Part shown: piece by piece, positions 1-8,953 of the stretch | How positions within the stretch are numbered: position 1 is the stretch's first letter | How the letters are laid out: the number at the start of each line of letters is the position of its first letter | NCBI GenBank assembly: GCA_041556275.1 | Contig: JBFFIU010000002.1 | Span: 1-42,273 of the forward strand | Direction: 5' to 3' | DNA length: 42,273 bases | Source of the DNA: Anaerolineales bacterium | Lineage (GTDB): Bacteria; Chloroflexota; Anaerolineae; Anaerolineales; UBA4823 | Program-made: the position numbers and the translations under genes | The notes under the pieces: generated by a model | Seen by the model: only the letters and a program-made list of their open reading frames with translations | Database searches by the model: none | What the model was told of the DNA's origin: nothing

Positions 1-475
1 CGCCGTGAGCACCAGCGTTTCCAAAGACAGCTCCACCAATGGTCCCTGGGATGCCCGCTGCCCATTCTAAGCCCGCCAAACCCATCTCTGCTGCCTGTCG
101 AGCAACGACACCGAAATTGGTTCCGGATGCAGCCCAGACTGTCGGGGGGTCACTCTTGAGATCAAATTCAACCTGGCGTGCTTTATTCAGCAACACGATC
201 CCTCTTACTCCAGAGTCGCTCACCAAGACGTTCGATCCACCTCCCAGAACGATAAATGGCGTTTTCATCTCCCACAAAAAACTGGCCATTTCAACCAGGT
301 CGTCGATCGATTCAGCCATGAGAAATCCTTCAGCCGGTCCCCCGATGCGTGCAGAGGTGAACCGAGCAAGTGAGACACTCGTATTGAATTTTTCGCCGAA
401 TCGATCCTTAATACTTAGTGGATCAAATGTAGCTGGTCCCTGAGTAGATAAATTCACCATTCCCTCATCCTGCAT
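1..475 (-). CDS. murB: UDP-N-acetylenolpyruvoylglucosamine reductase MurB, N-terminal part (runs off the left edge)
   Basis: Absent from the ORF track because it is edge-truncated. My minus-strand translation from ATG 475 reads MQDEGMVNLSTQGPATFDPLSIKDRFGEKFNTSVSLARFTSARIGGPAEGFLMAES...PFIVLGGGSNVLVSDSGVRGIVLLNK...GLEWAAGIPGTIGGAVFGNAGAHG. These are the FAD-binding MurB motifs (RIGGPA, LGGGSN, GIPGTxGGAxxxNAGAxG). It follows murC in the dcw cluster. In-frame alternative start at ATG 460. Confidence 0.9.
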   Translation of the reverse strand, partial: MQDEGMVNLSTQGPATFDPLSIKDRFGEKFNTSVSLARFTSARIGGPAEGFLMAESIDDLVEMASFLWEMKTPFIVLGGGSNVLVSDSGVRGIVLLNKARQVEFDLKSDPPTVWAASGTNFGVVARQAAEMGLAGLEWAAGIPGTIGGAVFGNAGAHG

Positions 476-477
476 CT

Positions 478-654
478 TCACAATTGCTCCAACTTTTCAA
501 TCAGCTTGAGCACGTTATCACGATCGATTTCAGATCTGGTGCATATATTTTTGCCGAATTCGGATTTATCGACAGGAGGTCGAAACCGTCCTCGGACACC
601 CTTGAATCGAAGATGACGCACGGAATATTTCACAATTTTTCGTTCGTCAGGCAT
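478..654 (-). CDS. hypothetical small basic protein (58 aa) wedged between murC and murB
   Basis: Trimmed from track ORF 478..741. ATG 654 overlaps the last 8 nt of murC, and stop TGA 478-480 lies 2 nt before the murB ATG. Peptide: MPDERKIVKYSVRHLRFKGVRGRFRPPVDKSEFGKNICTRSEIDRDNVLKLIEKLEQL. No family recognised, the SD is weak, and a mirror ORF exists on the plus strand, so coding status is unproven. Confidence 0.4.
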   Translation of the reverse strand: MPDERKIVKYSVRHLRFKGVRGRFRPPVDKSEFGKNICTRSEIDRDNVLKLIEKLEQL

Positions 655-2047
655 TGTGCACATTCCCGTTCTTAGATAGGGAAACCACGATATCGCGACT
701 GATTTGGTCTGCATCACCTGCAGAAAGTACAACCAAAACATCTCCTCCTTGAAGATTATTTAACAAATAATCCGTTGCCTGTTGGTTATTCTCCATGAAG
801 CGTACATCAGGGTGCACCATTTCCTGCACAACCTGGTGAGAAGAGAATTCCTCATCATTTTGTTCTCTGGCTGCATAGATCTCTGTAACCAGTACATGAT
901 CCGCACTTCCGAAGGAGGTAAGATAATCCTTTAGCAGTGTACGAGTCCGGGAGTAGGTATGCGGCTGCCAGACAGCCCACAATTGCCGACCTGGAAATCG
1001 GTTCCTGGCAGCAGAGAGTGTTGCTTTGATTTCGGTGGGATGATGAGCATAGTCGTCGATGACTGTGACCCCTGCAATCTCGCCCTGCAACTCAAAACGC
1101 CTTTTCGTTCCTTTGTACTCATCTAAAGACTGAGCAGCTCCTTTAAGAGGGAAATCCAACTCATATGCTACTGCGAGGCTGGCTAAAGCATTTTGCACAT
1201 TATGTTTACCTGGTACACACAACGATACCTTTTCGAGATATTCACCTCGAAAATATGCATCAAAAGTGTAGTTGCCATCCTCATCCATGCTCATTTCTTT
1301 CACATATAAATCCGGCGCAGGTTGATCCTTCAGAGGGCTCAATCCGTAAGAGACAGTTTTTAATCCCTCCTGGAGAGCAATTTTCAAGAGTTGTTTAGAG
1401 CCGTCATCATCAAAACAGGCGATTAACGTGCCATCATCAGGTAAATTATGAACAAATTCAAGAAAGGCCTGGAAAAAATCGTCAAAAGTTGGGAAGCAGT
1501 CCGGGTGATCGTGTTCGACATTCGTTACCACTGCAACTCTTGGGTGCAATCCTAAGAACATGCGATCATATTCATCAGCCTCAATAACAAAGAAATCACC
1601 GTCACCTGCATGGGCATTATTCCCAAGATTTTCAGATATGCCACCAATAATATATGAAGGATCTAATCCCAGAGACATCATCATCCAGCTCAGCATGGCG
1701 GAAGTGGTAGTTTTACCGTGGGTTCCTGCAACAGCTATCCCGAGTCGGTCTTCGATCAACTTTCCCATGAACTCTGAACGTTTATATACTGGAATTCCAG
1801 ATTTGATCGCGGCCTGGACTTCAACGTTATCTTGCAGTATTGCAGAAGATCGAATAACCAAATCCGCTTCAGCAACATTTTCAGCTCGGTGTCCAAGAGA
1901 GACTATTACACCCATAGCCTGAAGCTCAATCGCCAGAGGTGACATGATCTGGTCAGAACCACTGACAGTATAGCCACGTTCACATAGGAAACGGGCTATC
2001 GCCGACAAACCACTACCACCAATACCGATCAAATGAATGTGAATCAT
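647..2047 (-). CDS. murC: UDP-N-acetylmuramate--L-alanine ligase MurC
   Basis: Mur ligase motifs: MIHIHLIGIGGSGLSAIARFL, GIAVAGTHGKTTTSAM (P-loop), EADEYDRMF, NVEHDHPD. Track start 2104 trimmed to ATG 2047, which gives the conserved N-terminus and a TAATG overlap with the upstream stop. Confidence 0.95.
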   Translation of the reverse strand: MIHIHLIGIGGSGLSAIARFLCERGYTVSGSDQIMSPLAIELQAMGVIVSLGHRAENVAEADLVIRSSAILQDNVEVQAAIKSGIPVYKRSEFMGKLIEDRLGIAVAGTHGKTTTSAMLSWMMMSLGLDPSYIIGGISENLGNNAHAGDGDFFVIEADEYDRMFLGLHPRVAVVTNVEHDHPDCFPTFDDFFQAFLEFVHNLPDDGTLIACFDDDGSKQLLKIALQEGLKTVSYGLSPLKDQPAPDLYVKEMSMDEDGNYTFDAYFRGEYLEKVSLCVPGKHNVQNALASLAVAYELDFPLKGAAQSLDEYKGTKRRFELQGEIAGVTVIDDYAHHPTEIKATLSAARNRFPGRQLWAVWQPHTYSRTRTLLKDYLTSFGSADHVLVTEIYAAREQNDEEFSSHQVVQEMVHPDVRFMENNQQATDYLLNNLQGGDVLVVLSAGDADQISRDIVVSLSKNGNVHNA

Positions 2048-2583
2048 TAGATAAACACCACTACAACAAATAAGAAGGCCAATGCAACTGCGAAATAAAT
2101 CCAAGGTGGCAGTAGATAAGCTGGCGGCATTCTTTTGACCAGGTTTATCGCGGCTTGTCCCAATTCTGTTGCCGGGTCAGGAGGAATAAAATAGGGAGTT
2201 AATGGATATCCTGCTGCATCCATGTAAAACCAAATTGAACCAACGATCAGGTAACCATTGACGGCACCCAGGATTAACCCAAGTAGAGTATCCTGGACGC
2301 GTTCACGTGCAAATCGAGGGCCGGCTAATGCGGTAAGATTTGGCGATTGGTAGCCAAAAAATACCAACACACCAATGACAGCTGTTTTTATCCAGAAGCG
2401 GGTCGAGTCGTTGATACCTGAATCGGCTCTCATAAATGGAAGGTAGGTTTCCATTAAGACGATGACAAAAATTGCCAAGATCACACTAAAAGTGACCAAT
2501 ATCTCTTTTGCCCAACCCCGCATCGCTCCAACAATTGCAAATAAACCAACGAAGAGCCAAAATAATACATTCAGGCTGACCAT
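2047..2583 (-). CDS. cvpA: CvpA-family integral membrane protein
   Basis: 178 aa with about 4 hydrophobic helices. The N-terminus MVSLNVLFWLFVGLFAIVGAMRGWAKEILVTFSVILAIF resembles the CvpA (colicin V production) family start. It lies 3 nt after the murG stop and has a 1-nt overlap with the murC start. Confidence 0.6.
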   Translation of the reverse strand: MVSLNVLFWLFVGLFAIVGAMRGWAKEILVTFSVILAIFVIVLMETYLPFMRADSGINDSTRFWIKTAVIGVLVFFGYQSPNLTALAGPRFARERVQDTLLGLILGAVNGYLIVGSIWFYMDAAGYPLTPYFIPPDPATELGQAAINLVKRMPPAYLLPPWIYFAVALAFLFVVVVFI

Positions 2584-2586
2584 GGG

Positions 2587-3762
2587 TTAAATCCTTCCTG
2601 GGCTGGGTATTGACACCAACCCATACAGCAGGTCTGCGATTGATTCAGCAGCATCAGGTTTTGCCAGGGCTTGCATGGCTCGACGCATACTTTCTCTGTG
2701 GTTGCGATCATCGATAAGTCTTCTAATCGTCGTTAATAATTCATCAGCCAACATGTCATCCTGTAAAACTATGGCAGCCCCTTTTTGCTCCAAGAACCCG
2801 GCATTTACCACTTGATACCGCCATGCATACGGGTAAGGTACTAAAATCGCTGGAATCCCAAACAGCGGGAACTCACCTAATACAGATGCTCCGGCTCTTG
2901 AAACAGCTAAGTCCGCTACAGTCAAAGCGGCTCCCATCTCTTCGAATAAATAGGGAAAGACATGATAACGAGCAGCCAGATCAGGCGATAATCGGGATTT
3001 AGCACTTTCGACTTCTGACCAATCGAGGTGACCACTAATATGAATAATTTGTAATTCGCTCAACAGATCAGGTAATATTCCAATTAATGCCTGGTTTATG
3101 GATCGCGCCCCTTTGCTGCCTCCGAACACCAATAAGGTGGGTAAATCCGGGATCAATCTAAAGGCTTTGCGCGCATCCTCCAGAGACCATTCTTTCAATT
3201 CAGGCCGGACTGGATACCCGGTTACCTTCGATTTCGTTGGAAAATTTATATATTCCATTGATTCCTCAGCAGTCAACGCGATCTGCGCTGACAAACGTGA
3301 CAGTGTCCGCAGTGCCAAACCCGGTTCAATATCTGGTACATATAACAATGACCTCGGTTTTATATTTCGTGAAACCATCCAACGTCCCGCTAATGCTACG
3401 GGCACTGCCAGGTAACCCCCGGTAAAGAACATCACCTGTGGATGGAAATCTTTGATCAAACGTCTGGCTGCAATAAAGCCTTTGAATAATCGCCATAGGT
3501 TACCTGGTAACGCGCTTAGCCCAACACCATGAACTCCAGCAGCTGGAATCGTGGTGAATTCCACTGCCTCCTTCGAGAGTAAATCGGCCTCCATTCCACC
3601 TTCTCCGCCTACCCAAAGGACCTCCAATGTATGCTCATTGGATGACTGATCAGAAATTCTTGATTTCTCACGAAGCGCATCATTTTCTTGAAGCGCTTTT
3701 AGCACGGCGAGAGCTGGATAAACCCCACCCCCAGTCCCTCCGGCGCAAATCAATAACCGCAT
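2587..3762 (-). CDS. murG: UDP-N-acetylglucosamine--N-acetylmuramyl-(pentapeptide) pyrophosphoryl-undecaprenol GlcNAc transferase MurG
   Basis: MRLLICAGGTGGGVYPALAV N-terminal G-loop, FGGSKGARSIN, VSRAGASVLGE. Canonical position after ftsW. Confidence 0.95.
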   Translation of the reverse strand: MRLLICAGGTGGGVYPALAVLKALQENDALREKSRISDQSSNEHTLEVLWVGGEGGMEADLLSKEAVEFTTIPAAGVHGVGLSALPGNLWRLFKGFIAARRLIKDFHPQVMFFTGGYLAVPVALAGRWMVSRNIKPRSLLYVPDIEPGLALRTLSRLSAQIALTAEESMEYINFPTKSKVTGYPVRPELKEWSLEDARKAFRLIPDLPTLLVFGGSKGARSINQALIGILPDLLSELQIIHISGHLDWSEVESAKSRLSPDLAARYHVFPYLFEEMGAALTVADLAVSRAGASVLGEFPLFGIPAILVPYPYAWRYQVVNAGFLEQKGAAIVLQDDMLADELLTTIRRLIDDRNHRESMRRAMQALAKPDAAESIADLLYGLVSIPSPGRI

Positions 3763-4930
3763 CTAGCGCCCTTTCTTCTTGCTTCTGATTTCGAGAGGAT
3801 ACCCGAGAAATGTTCAACAGGATCCCAACTGCTGCGAGTGATACAACCAGGTTCGAACCACCATAGCTGATAAATGGCAGCGCGTTCCCGGCAAACGGCA
3901 CCAAACCGACAATGACTGCCATATTGATAAATGCTTCCAATGCCAACCAAATACCCAACCCAGCTGCCATCAATTTTCCCAATCCATCTGGAGCATTTTG
4001 GGCGATTTTCATTCCTCGCCACAATATGACGATGTTAAGGAAAACCACGCCGGTTGCACCAACAATACCTACCTCTTCACCGATAACTGCAAAAATACTA
4101 TCCGTAGGAGGTACAGGCAAACCGGTCAATTTTGTATCCGCCTGACCAATCCCAACACCAACCCAACCACCTTTGACCAATGCTTCCAATGAGCGAGAGA
4201 GATGCAAAGGTGCTTGGGTGAGATCCTGTATGCTGATCAAGTAGTCAGACAACCGCTGACTCCCAGTAGGGTGAAATTGAAACACTAACCAACCTACAAT
4301 TGTACCTACCACTAACAAAATAACGATCTGGCGGATATCGCCCCCAGCCAGGAAAAACATGATGCCACCAAGCATAAAAATTGTTGCCGTGGCACTAAGA
4401 TCAGGCTGGAGAAAGATAAATCCACCTACAAGACCCAGTATCACACTCAGGGGAAGCAGACCAAAGCTAACACTGCTTAGTTGGTCCCGTCGAGCAAACA
4501 ACCATACTGATAAGTAGATCACAACCGCCAATTTTGCAAATTCTGAAGGTTGACCCGAGCCCTGGAAAATCGTCCTGGCTGCATTATTGATCACTTCATT
4601 AACCAGTAACACACTGGCCAACAAAACGATCGCCAATGCTATGATCGGGACTGCTAATTTCTTCAATATATGGTAATCAAGCCATGTCAGAAAGGCTGCC
4701 GCAACTAACCCGACCGCGGCAAACATTAACTGACGCTTGAACATAAAGCTTGGTGCTTCATCGAGGACAACCATCGAGTAGTCTGTACTGGCAGAATAAA
4801 CCATCATTAATCCAAAGATTAACAACGTGAATACAGCCACAAGCAACCAGATGTCGAATCCCAAATGCAAGGATCGCCTTTCACGTTTCTTTTTTTTGTC
4901 ACTATTCGAATATTCCCGACCGATGTTCAT
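3680..4930 (-). CDS. ftsW: SEDS-family peptidoglycan glycosyltransferase FtsW
   Basis: Polytopic membrane protein with PTDSIFAVIGEEVGIVG and NALPFISYGGSNL motifs. Start trimmed to ATG 4930 (ATGA overlap with the murD stop). The 3' end overlaps murG by 83 nt. Confidence 0.9.
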   Translation of the reverse strand: MNIGREYSNSDKKKKRERRSLHLGFDIWLLVAVFTLLIFGLMMVYSASTDYSMVVLDEAPSFMFKRQLMFAAVGLVAAAFLTWLDYHILKKLAVPIIALAIVLLASVLLVNEVINNAARTIFQGSGQPSEFAKLAVVIYLSVWLFARRDQLSSVSFGLLPLSVILGLVGGFIFLQPDLSATATIFMLGGIMFFLAGGDIRQIVILLVVGTIVGWLVFQFHPTGSQRLSDYLISIQDLTQAPLHLSRSLEALVKGGWVGVGIGQADTKLTGLPVPPTDSIFAVIGEEVGIVGATGVVFLNIVILWRGMKIAQNAPDGLGKLMAAGLGIWLALEAFINMAVIVGLVPFAGNALPFISYGGSNLVVSLAAVGILLNISRVSSRNQKQEERALDAVIDLRRRDWGWGLSSSRRAKSASRK

Positions 4931-6432
4931 GGCAGCTCCATTACCCATTGTTTGTACGCCTCCCCACGATCTTCAAAATTATTAAACTGATCAAAACTCG
5001 TCCCACCAGGCGAGAGTAAAACTACATCACCGGGCATAACCACTTGAGCAGCTCGTTCAACTGCCTGTTTCAAACCCGAACATTGGCTGACAGCGGTCAT
5101 AGTTTGCTCACCTTGAGCACTCAGTGCCCGGAATATTAAAGGGGCAGCCTCGCCAAACAAAATAACATGCTTGACTTGCTGATTAACCAATGAAGCAAAT
5201 TGATCCCAAGGTAGGTTCTTATCCTTCCCTCCTGCGAGCAAAATCATTGGCTCAGAAAAAGATTTGACAGCTGCGATCGCTCTCTCCGGCGCAGTGGCTA
5301 TTGAATCGTTGTACCAATCCGCACCATGCCAGGTTCGCACGAATTCTAACCTGTGAGGGATGCCGGTAAAATTTTTCACCCCAGTTCTCATTGCTTTCAG
5401 AGAGATTCCGGCAGTCAAGGAAATAGCACACGCGGCTAGAACATTCATTAAATTGTGTTCACCCCTGAGTGGTATTTCGGTGCGGGTCAATACCTTGAAT
5501 TTATCATCGGATTCCTTGCGTGGGATGTGAACGACAATTGCATCCCTGGAACGGCTAAGGTAAACGCCTTTCTGATCCGAGGACAGTTGTTGAATTCCGA
5601 AAATCACTAAATCGCCTTGAACCTTCTCTCGCAGACTCCAGGTCTCTGGATCATCTTGATTGAGTACAGCAACGCTTTTGGCAGGTTGATACTCCAGAAT
5701 TCTTGCTTTTGCGGAACGATATGCCTGCATATTTCTATGGCGATCGAGGTGATTAGGGGTGATATTGAGAATAGCCGCGATTTTCGTGGAACGATTCATC
5801 ACCTCTAATTGGAAGCTCGACAACTCCATCACAGCAAGATCGTTTGGGTTCATATCATCAACCTTGGAAAGCAAGGGCGTGCCAATATTCCCCCCAACCC
5901 AAACCCTTGAATCCGCATTGAGTTCAATCGATTTACCCCGATACGGATTCCATTGTTCGGTCGCATCAAGGATACCCATCCTTATATAATCGATTGCAGC
6001 CTCAGCGATCAATCCAACTAAAGTCGTCGTTGTCGTCTTTCCAGCAGATCCAGTAATTCCGATCACCTCACAAGGACATACTTCAAGGAAAATCTGTGAA
6101 TCATTTGAAATGGGGATACCCTGTTTACGCGCCTCAAGAACTACTGGAAGATCGAACGGAACTCCACCTGAAATACACACCAGATCAGCGCCATCCAATA
6201 TTGAAAGCGGATGTTCCCCAGTAACCCATTCAATCGGTTCACCTTGCAAGGCCTGTTGTGCAGAATTTAATTGACTGATTGGAAGTCGATCATTCAAGAC
6301 TACCTGGGCATTTTGTCGAACCAGGTAGCGTGCTAATGCAACTCCTTGACGGGCCGCACCGATCACAACTATTCGTTCTCCACTCCAGTCTTTGCTCTTC
6401 TTCATAGTCTTACTGCGTAAGGTTGCCAGCAT
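4927..6432 (-). CDS. murD: UDP-N-acetylmuramoylalanine--D-glutamate ligase MurD
   Basis: IVVIGAARQGVALARYL N-domain, GITGSAGKTTTTTLV P-loop, position between mraY and ftsW. The start could be the internal Met at 6405. Confidence 0.93.
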   Translation of the reverse strand: MLATLRSKTMKKSKDWSGERIVVIGAARQGVALARYLVRQNAQVVLNDRLPISQLNSAQQALQGEPIEWVTGEHPLSILDGADLVCISGGVPFDLPVVLEARKQGIPISNDSQIFLEVCPCEVIGITGSAGKTTTTTLVGLIAEAAIDYIRMGILDATEQWNPYRGKSIELNADSRVWVGGNIGTPLLSKVDDMNPNDLAVMELSSFQLEVMNRSTKIAAILNITPNHLDRHRNMQAYRSAKARILEYQPAKSVAVLNQDDPETWSLREKVQGDLVIFGIQQLSSDQKGVYLSRSRDAIVVHIPRKESDDKFKVLTRTEIPLRGEHNLMNVLAACAISLTAGISLKAMRTGVKNFTGIPHRLEFVRTWHGADWYNDSIATAPERAIAAVKSFSEPMILLAGGKDKNLPWDQFASLVNQQVKHVILFGEAAPLIFRALSAQGEQTMTAVSQCSGLKQAVERAAQVVMPGDVVLLSPGGTSFDQFNNFEDRGEAYKQWVMELP

Positions 6433-6473
6433 CGGTATCCTAGAAAATATTTCTCAATTGTGTATTGGGCTAT

Positions 6474-7466
6474 TTATGAAATAGCCAATGCTATTCCGAT
6501 CATGGCAAATAATAAGCCGATCAACCAAAATCGTTGCACTACTTGTGTCTCGCTCCAGCCACTAAGCTCAAAGTGATGGTGAAGGGGGGTCATTTTAAAA
6601 ATTCGCCGACCACCGGTGAGCCTGAAATAAATCACCTGCAGGATAATACTCAATGTTTCACTAGTAGGGATAATTGCAATTACTGGTAATAAAATCCAAT
6701 GACCTGTCATCAGCGCCACGACTGCCAACGTAGCTCCAAGGGATAAAGAACCAGTATCTCCCATAAATAGATCTGCAGGATGCACATTGAACCATAAAAA
6801 ACCAAATGTTGCGCCCGCTGCGGTGAAACAGAACCTGGCCAAGAAGATCTGTCCTTGGAGTAAAGCGATGGCACCATAGGTAACAAAAGCTGTCGCAGCG
6901 ATCAAACCAGCCAAACCGTCCAAACCATCTGTGAAGTTCATCGCATTGGAGTAACCCACAATTAGGATCATGGCAATGGGGATATACCAGATACCAAGAT
7001 CAAGCGCGCGTTTCGCCCCAGGCAAATACAACTGCGGCACATCCAAGAAATACACCAGGCCAATCGTTACCACAAAAGCGAACAGCAATTGAATTGCAAA
7101 TTTTGTACGGGCGCGCATGCCCAATCCCCGGCGTCCACCGCGAACACCTTCCCAATCATCGACCACCCCTAAACCGGCGAAAGCCAGCATCACTCCCAAT
7201 GGCAGCAGAACAGATCGTCCCAAAACTGTAAAACCAATTAATGAAGCAGCATTCATCAGAATTGTTACCAACAATACGGGTACGACTATCATGACACCAC
7301 CCATCGTTGGCGTCCCAAGCTTGGTGTAATGTCTTTCTGGACCTTCAACGCGAATGACTTTACCAATGTTGTAATGCCCCAAAATTCGCAATAAAGGTGG
7401 TCCCCAGATCACTGCTAACATAAAACTAACTCCGGCAAGCCCCAATGCAAGGGCAATTTGCCTCAT
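6474..7466 (-). CDS. mraY: phospho-N-acetylmuramoyl-pentapeptide transferase MraY
   Basis: Polytopic membrane protein with NAMNFTDGLDGLA, MGDTGSLSLG and PLHHHFE motifs. 4-nt overlap with the murF stop. Confidence 0.96.
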   Translation of the reverse strand: MRQIALALGLAGVSFMLAVIWGPPLLRILGHYNIGKVIRVEGPERHYTKLGTPTMGGVMIVVPVLLVTILMNAASLIGFTVLGRSVLLPLGVMLAFAGLGVVDDWEGVRGGRRGLGMRARTKFAIQLLFAFVVTIGLVYFLDVPQLYLPGAKRALDLGIWYIPIAMILIVGYSNAMNFTDGLDGLAGLIAATAFVTYGAIALLQGQIFLARFCFTAAGATFGFLWFNVHPADLFMGDTGSLSLGATLAVVALMTGHWILLPVIAIIPTSETLSIILQVIYFRLTGGRRIFKMTPLHHHFELSGWSETQVVQRFWLIGLLFAMIGIALAIS

Positions 7467-8887
7467 TTAACCGACTCCAATTCATTGACAATCAACTCCA
7501 TTTGCATCCCTCTTGATCCTTTTACAAGGACAATATCTTGAGGGGTGAGATGCTGAGCTAAAAATTCGACTGCTTGTTCTGAAGTATCGAATTCCTGGAT
7601 ATTTTTCCGCGCCATCCCGGCTTCTGAAGCGGCAAAAGCAATTAATTTGGCTCGTTCTCCAACAGTGATCAACTCGTTGGCGACTTCTGCAGCGCGTGAT
7701 CCTACCATTTTGTGACCTTGCTGTTCATATTGACCTAGTTCAAGCATATCTCCTAGAACTGCCACCTTGCGACCGTCCAAATCCTCAAGCAAGTTCAATG
7801 CAGCCATCGTCGATTCTGGAGATGCATTATAGGTGTCATCTAGCAGCAGTGCACCACTATCTGCTCGTACGGCGACCAATCGCAGTTGAGCTCGGCCAGT
7901 TTGCAACCCATCGACGATCTCTTGCCAAGTCAACCCATCATTTAAACCTACCGCGGCAGCACGAAGTGCCGTGTGGACAGAATGACGACCGATTAAGGGG
8001 ACTTTCAGATGGATAGACTCATTGCTATAATGCAACCGGAAGCGAATTCCATCAAGACCGAGACCTTCAATATTGTCAGCCCATAAGTCTGCCTCTTGAC
8101 CAGTCCCATAGAAAAAGACCCGGGCTTCAGTTTGCTCGGCCATTTTTTTTACTCTCGGGTCATCGTAATTAAGAATCGCCAATCCTTCTGGTGCAGGGGG
8201 TAGTGCATTCACGAGCTCTGCTTTACCTCTGGCAATTTCATCAATCGATCCTGCTCTTTCTGCATGGACGGTGCCAATATTAGTGATCACCCCAATTTGG
8301 GGTTTAGCCAGATCACACAGGAATTCGATTTCACCTGGAACATAGAAACCCATCTCTAACACAGAGCGCTCGTGCTGATTCGTCAGGTTTAATAATGTAA
8401 GCGGCAAACCGATCTCATTATTCAAGTTCCCTGGACTTTTGAGAGTGTTATAACGTTGATTCAACACCTCTGCCACTAACTCCTTGGTCGTTGATTTACC
8501 AACGCTGCCAGTAATGCCGATCACCCGTATATCTTGCTGACGACGATAGAACCCGGCGATCTTTTGCATCGCCTGTAGACTATCATCAACTCTGAGACAG
8601 ACCGAATCATCTTCGATCTCTGTGCGCTCCTCAGATAATCCTCCTTCCCGCAAATCATATTGAAAACATTCAAATGGCAAATCTTGATGAACCAATGCGA
8701 CAGATGCCCCTCGATTGAATGCTTCTTGCACGAATTCATGGCCATCAACGCGTTCACCTGGGAGAGCCACGAACATTGACCCAGGTCTTACCATCCGAGA
8801 ATCAATCGCAACACCATGGATTTCCCGATCAAATCCTTTGGGTAGTATGCCAGTTAATGCTTCGATAATCAGACTGAGTGTCAGCAT
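7463..8887 (-). CDS. murF: UDP-N-acetylmuramoyl-tripeptide--D-alanyl-D-alanine ligase MurF
   Basis: IDSRMVRPGSMFVALPGERVDGHEF, GITGSVGKSTTKE, DDTYNASPES are MurF-type rather than MurE-type motifs. Confidence 0.9.
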   Translation of the reverse strand: MLTLSLIIEALTGILPKGFDREIHGVAIDSRMVRPGSMFVALPGERVDGHEFVQEAFNRGASVALVHQDLPFECFQYDLREGGLSEERTEIEDDSVCLRVDDSLQAMQKIAGFYRRQQDIRVIGITGSVGKSTTKELVAEVLNQRYNTLKSPGNLNNEIGLPLTLLNLTNQHERSVLEMGFYVPGEIEFLCDLAKPQIGVITNIGTVHAERAGSIDEIARGKAELVNALPPAPEGLAILNYDDPRVKKMAEQTEARVFFYGTGQEADLWADNIEGLGLDGIRFRLHYSNESIHLKVPLIGRHSVHTALRAAAVGLNDGLTWQEIVDGLQTGRAQLRLVAVRADSGALLLDDTYNASPESTMAALNLLEDLDGRKVAVLGDMLELGQYEQQGHKMVGSRAAEVANELITVGERAKLIAFAASEAGMARKNIQEFDTSEQAVEFLAQHLTPQDIVLVKGSRGMQMELIVNELESVK

Positions 8888-8953
8888 TTGATAAATAGAT
8901 TAAGATAAACAGGTATTCTCACGAATAATAATTAACGAAATCTAGACTCTCTG

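Noticed and set aside
39-443. 134-aa plus-strand ORF at the left edge
   Set aside because: It is antisense to the clearly recognisable murB reading frame, and its translation has no recognisable motifs.
484-675. 63-aa plus-strand ORF mirroring the murC-murB small ORF
   Set aside because: It is oriented against the whole operon with no SD. The minus-strand frame has stop/start coupling to murC and murB, so it is the better candidate. Neither is proven.
4890-4897. A8 homopolymer in the ftsW coding sequence (DKKKKR). A second A8 run lies in murF at 8143..8150. Both were considered as slippage or phase-variation tracts.
   Set aside because: Both are in frame in essential genes and encode Lys runs. 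Nothing suggests switching, so they are only worth remembering as indel-prone sites for sequencing QC.
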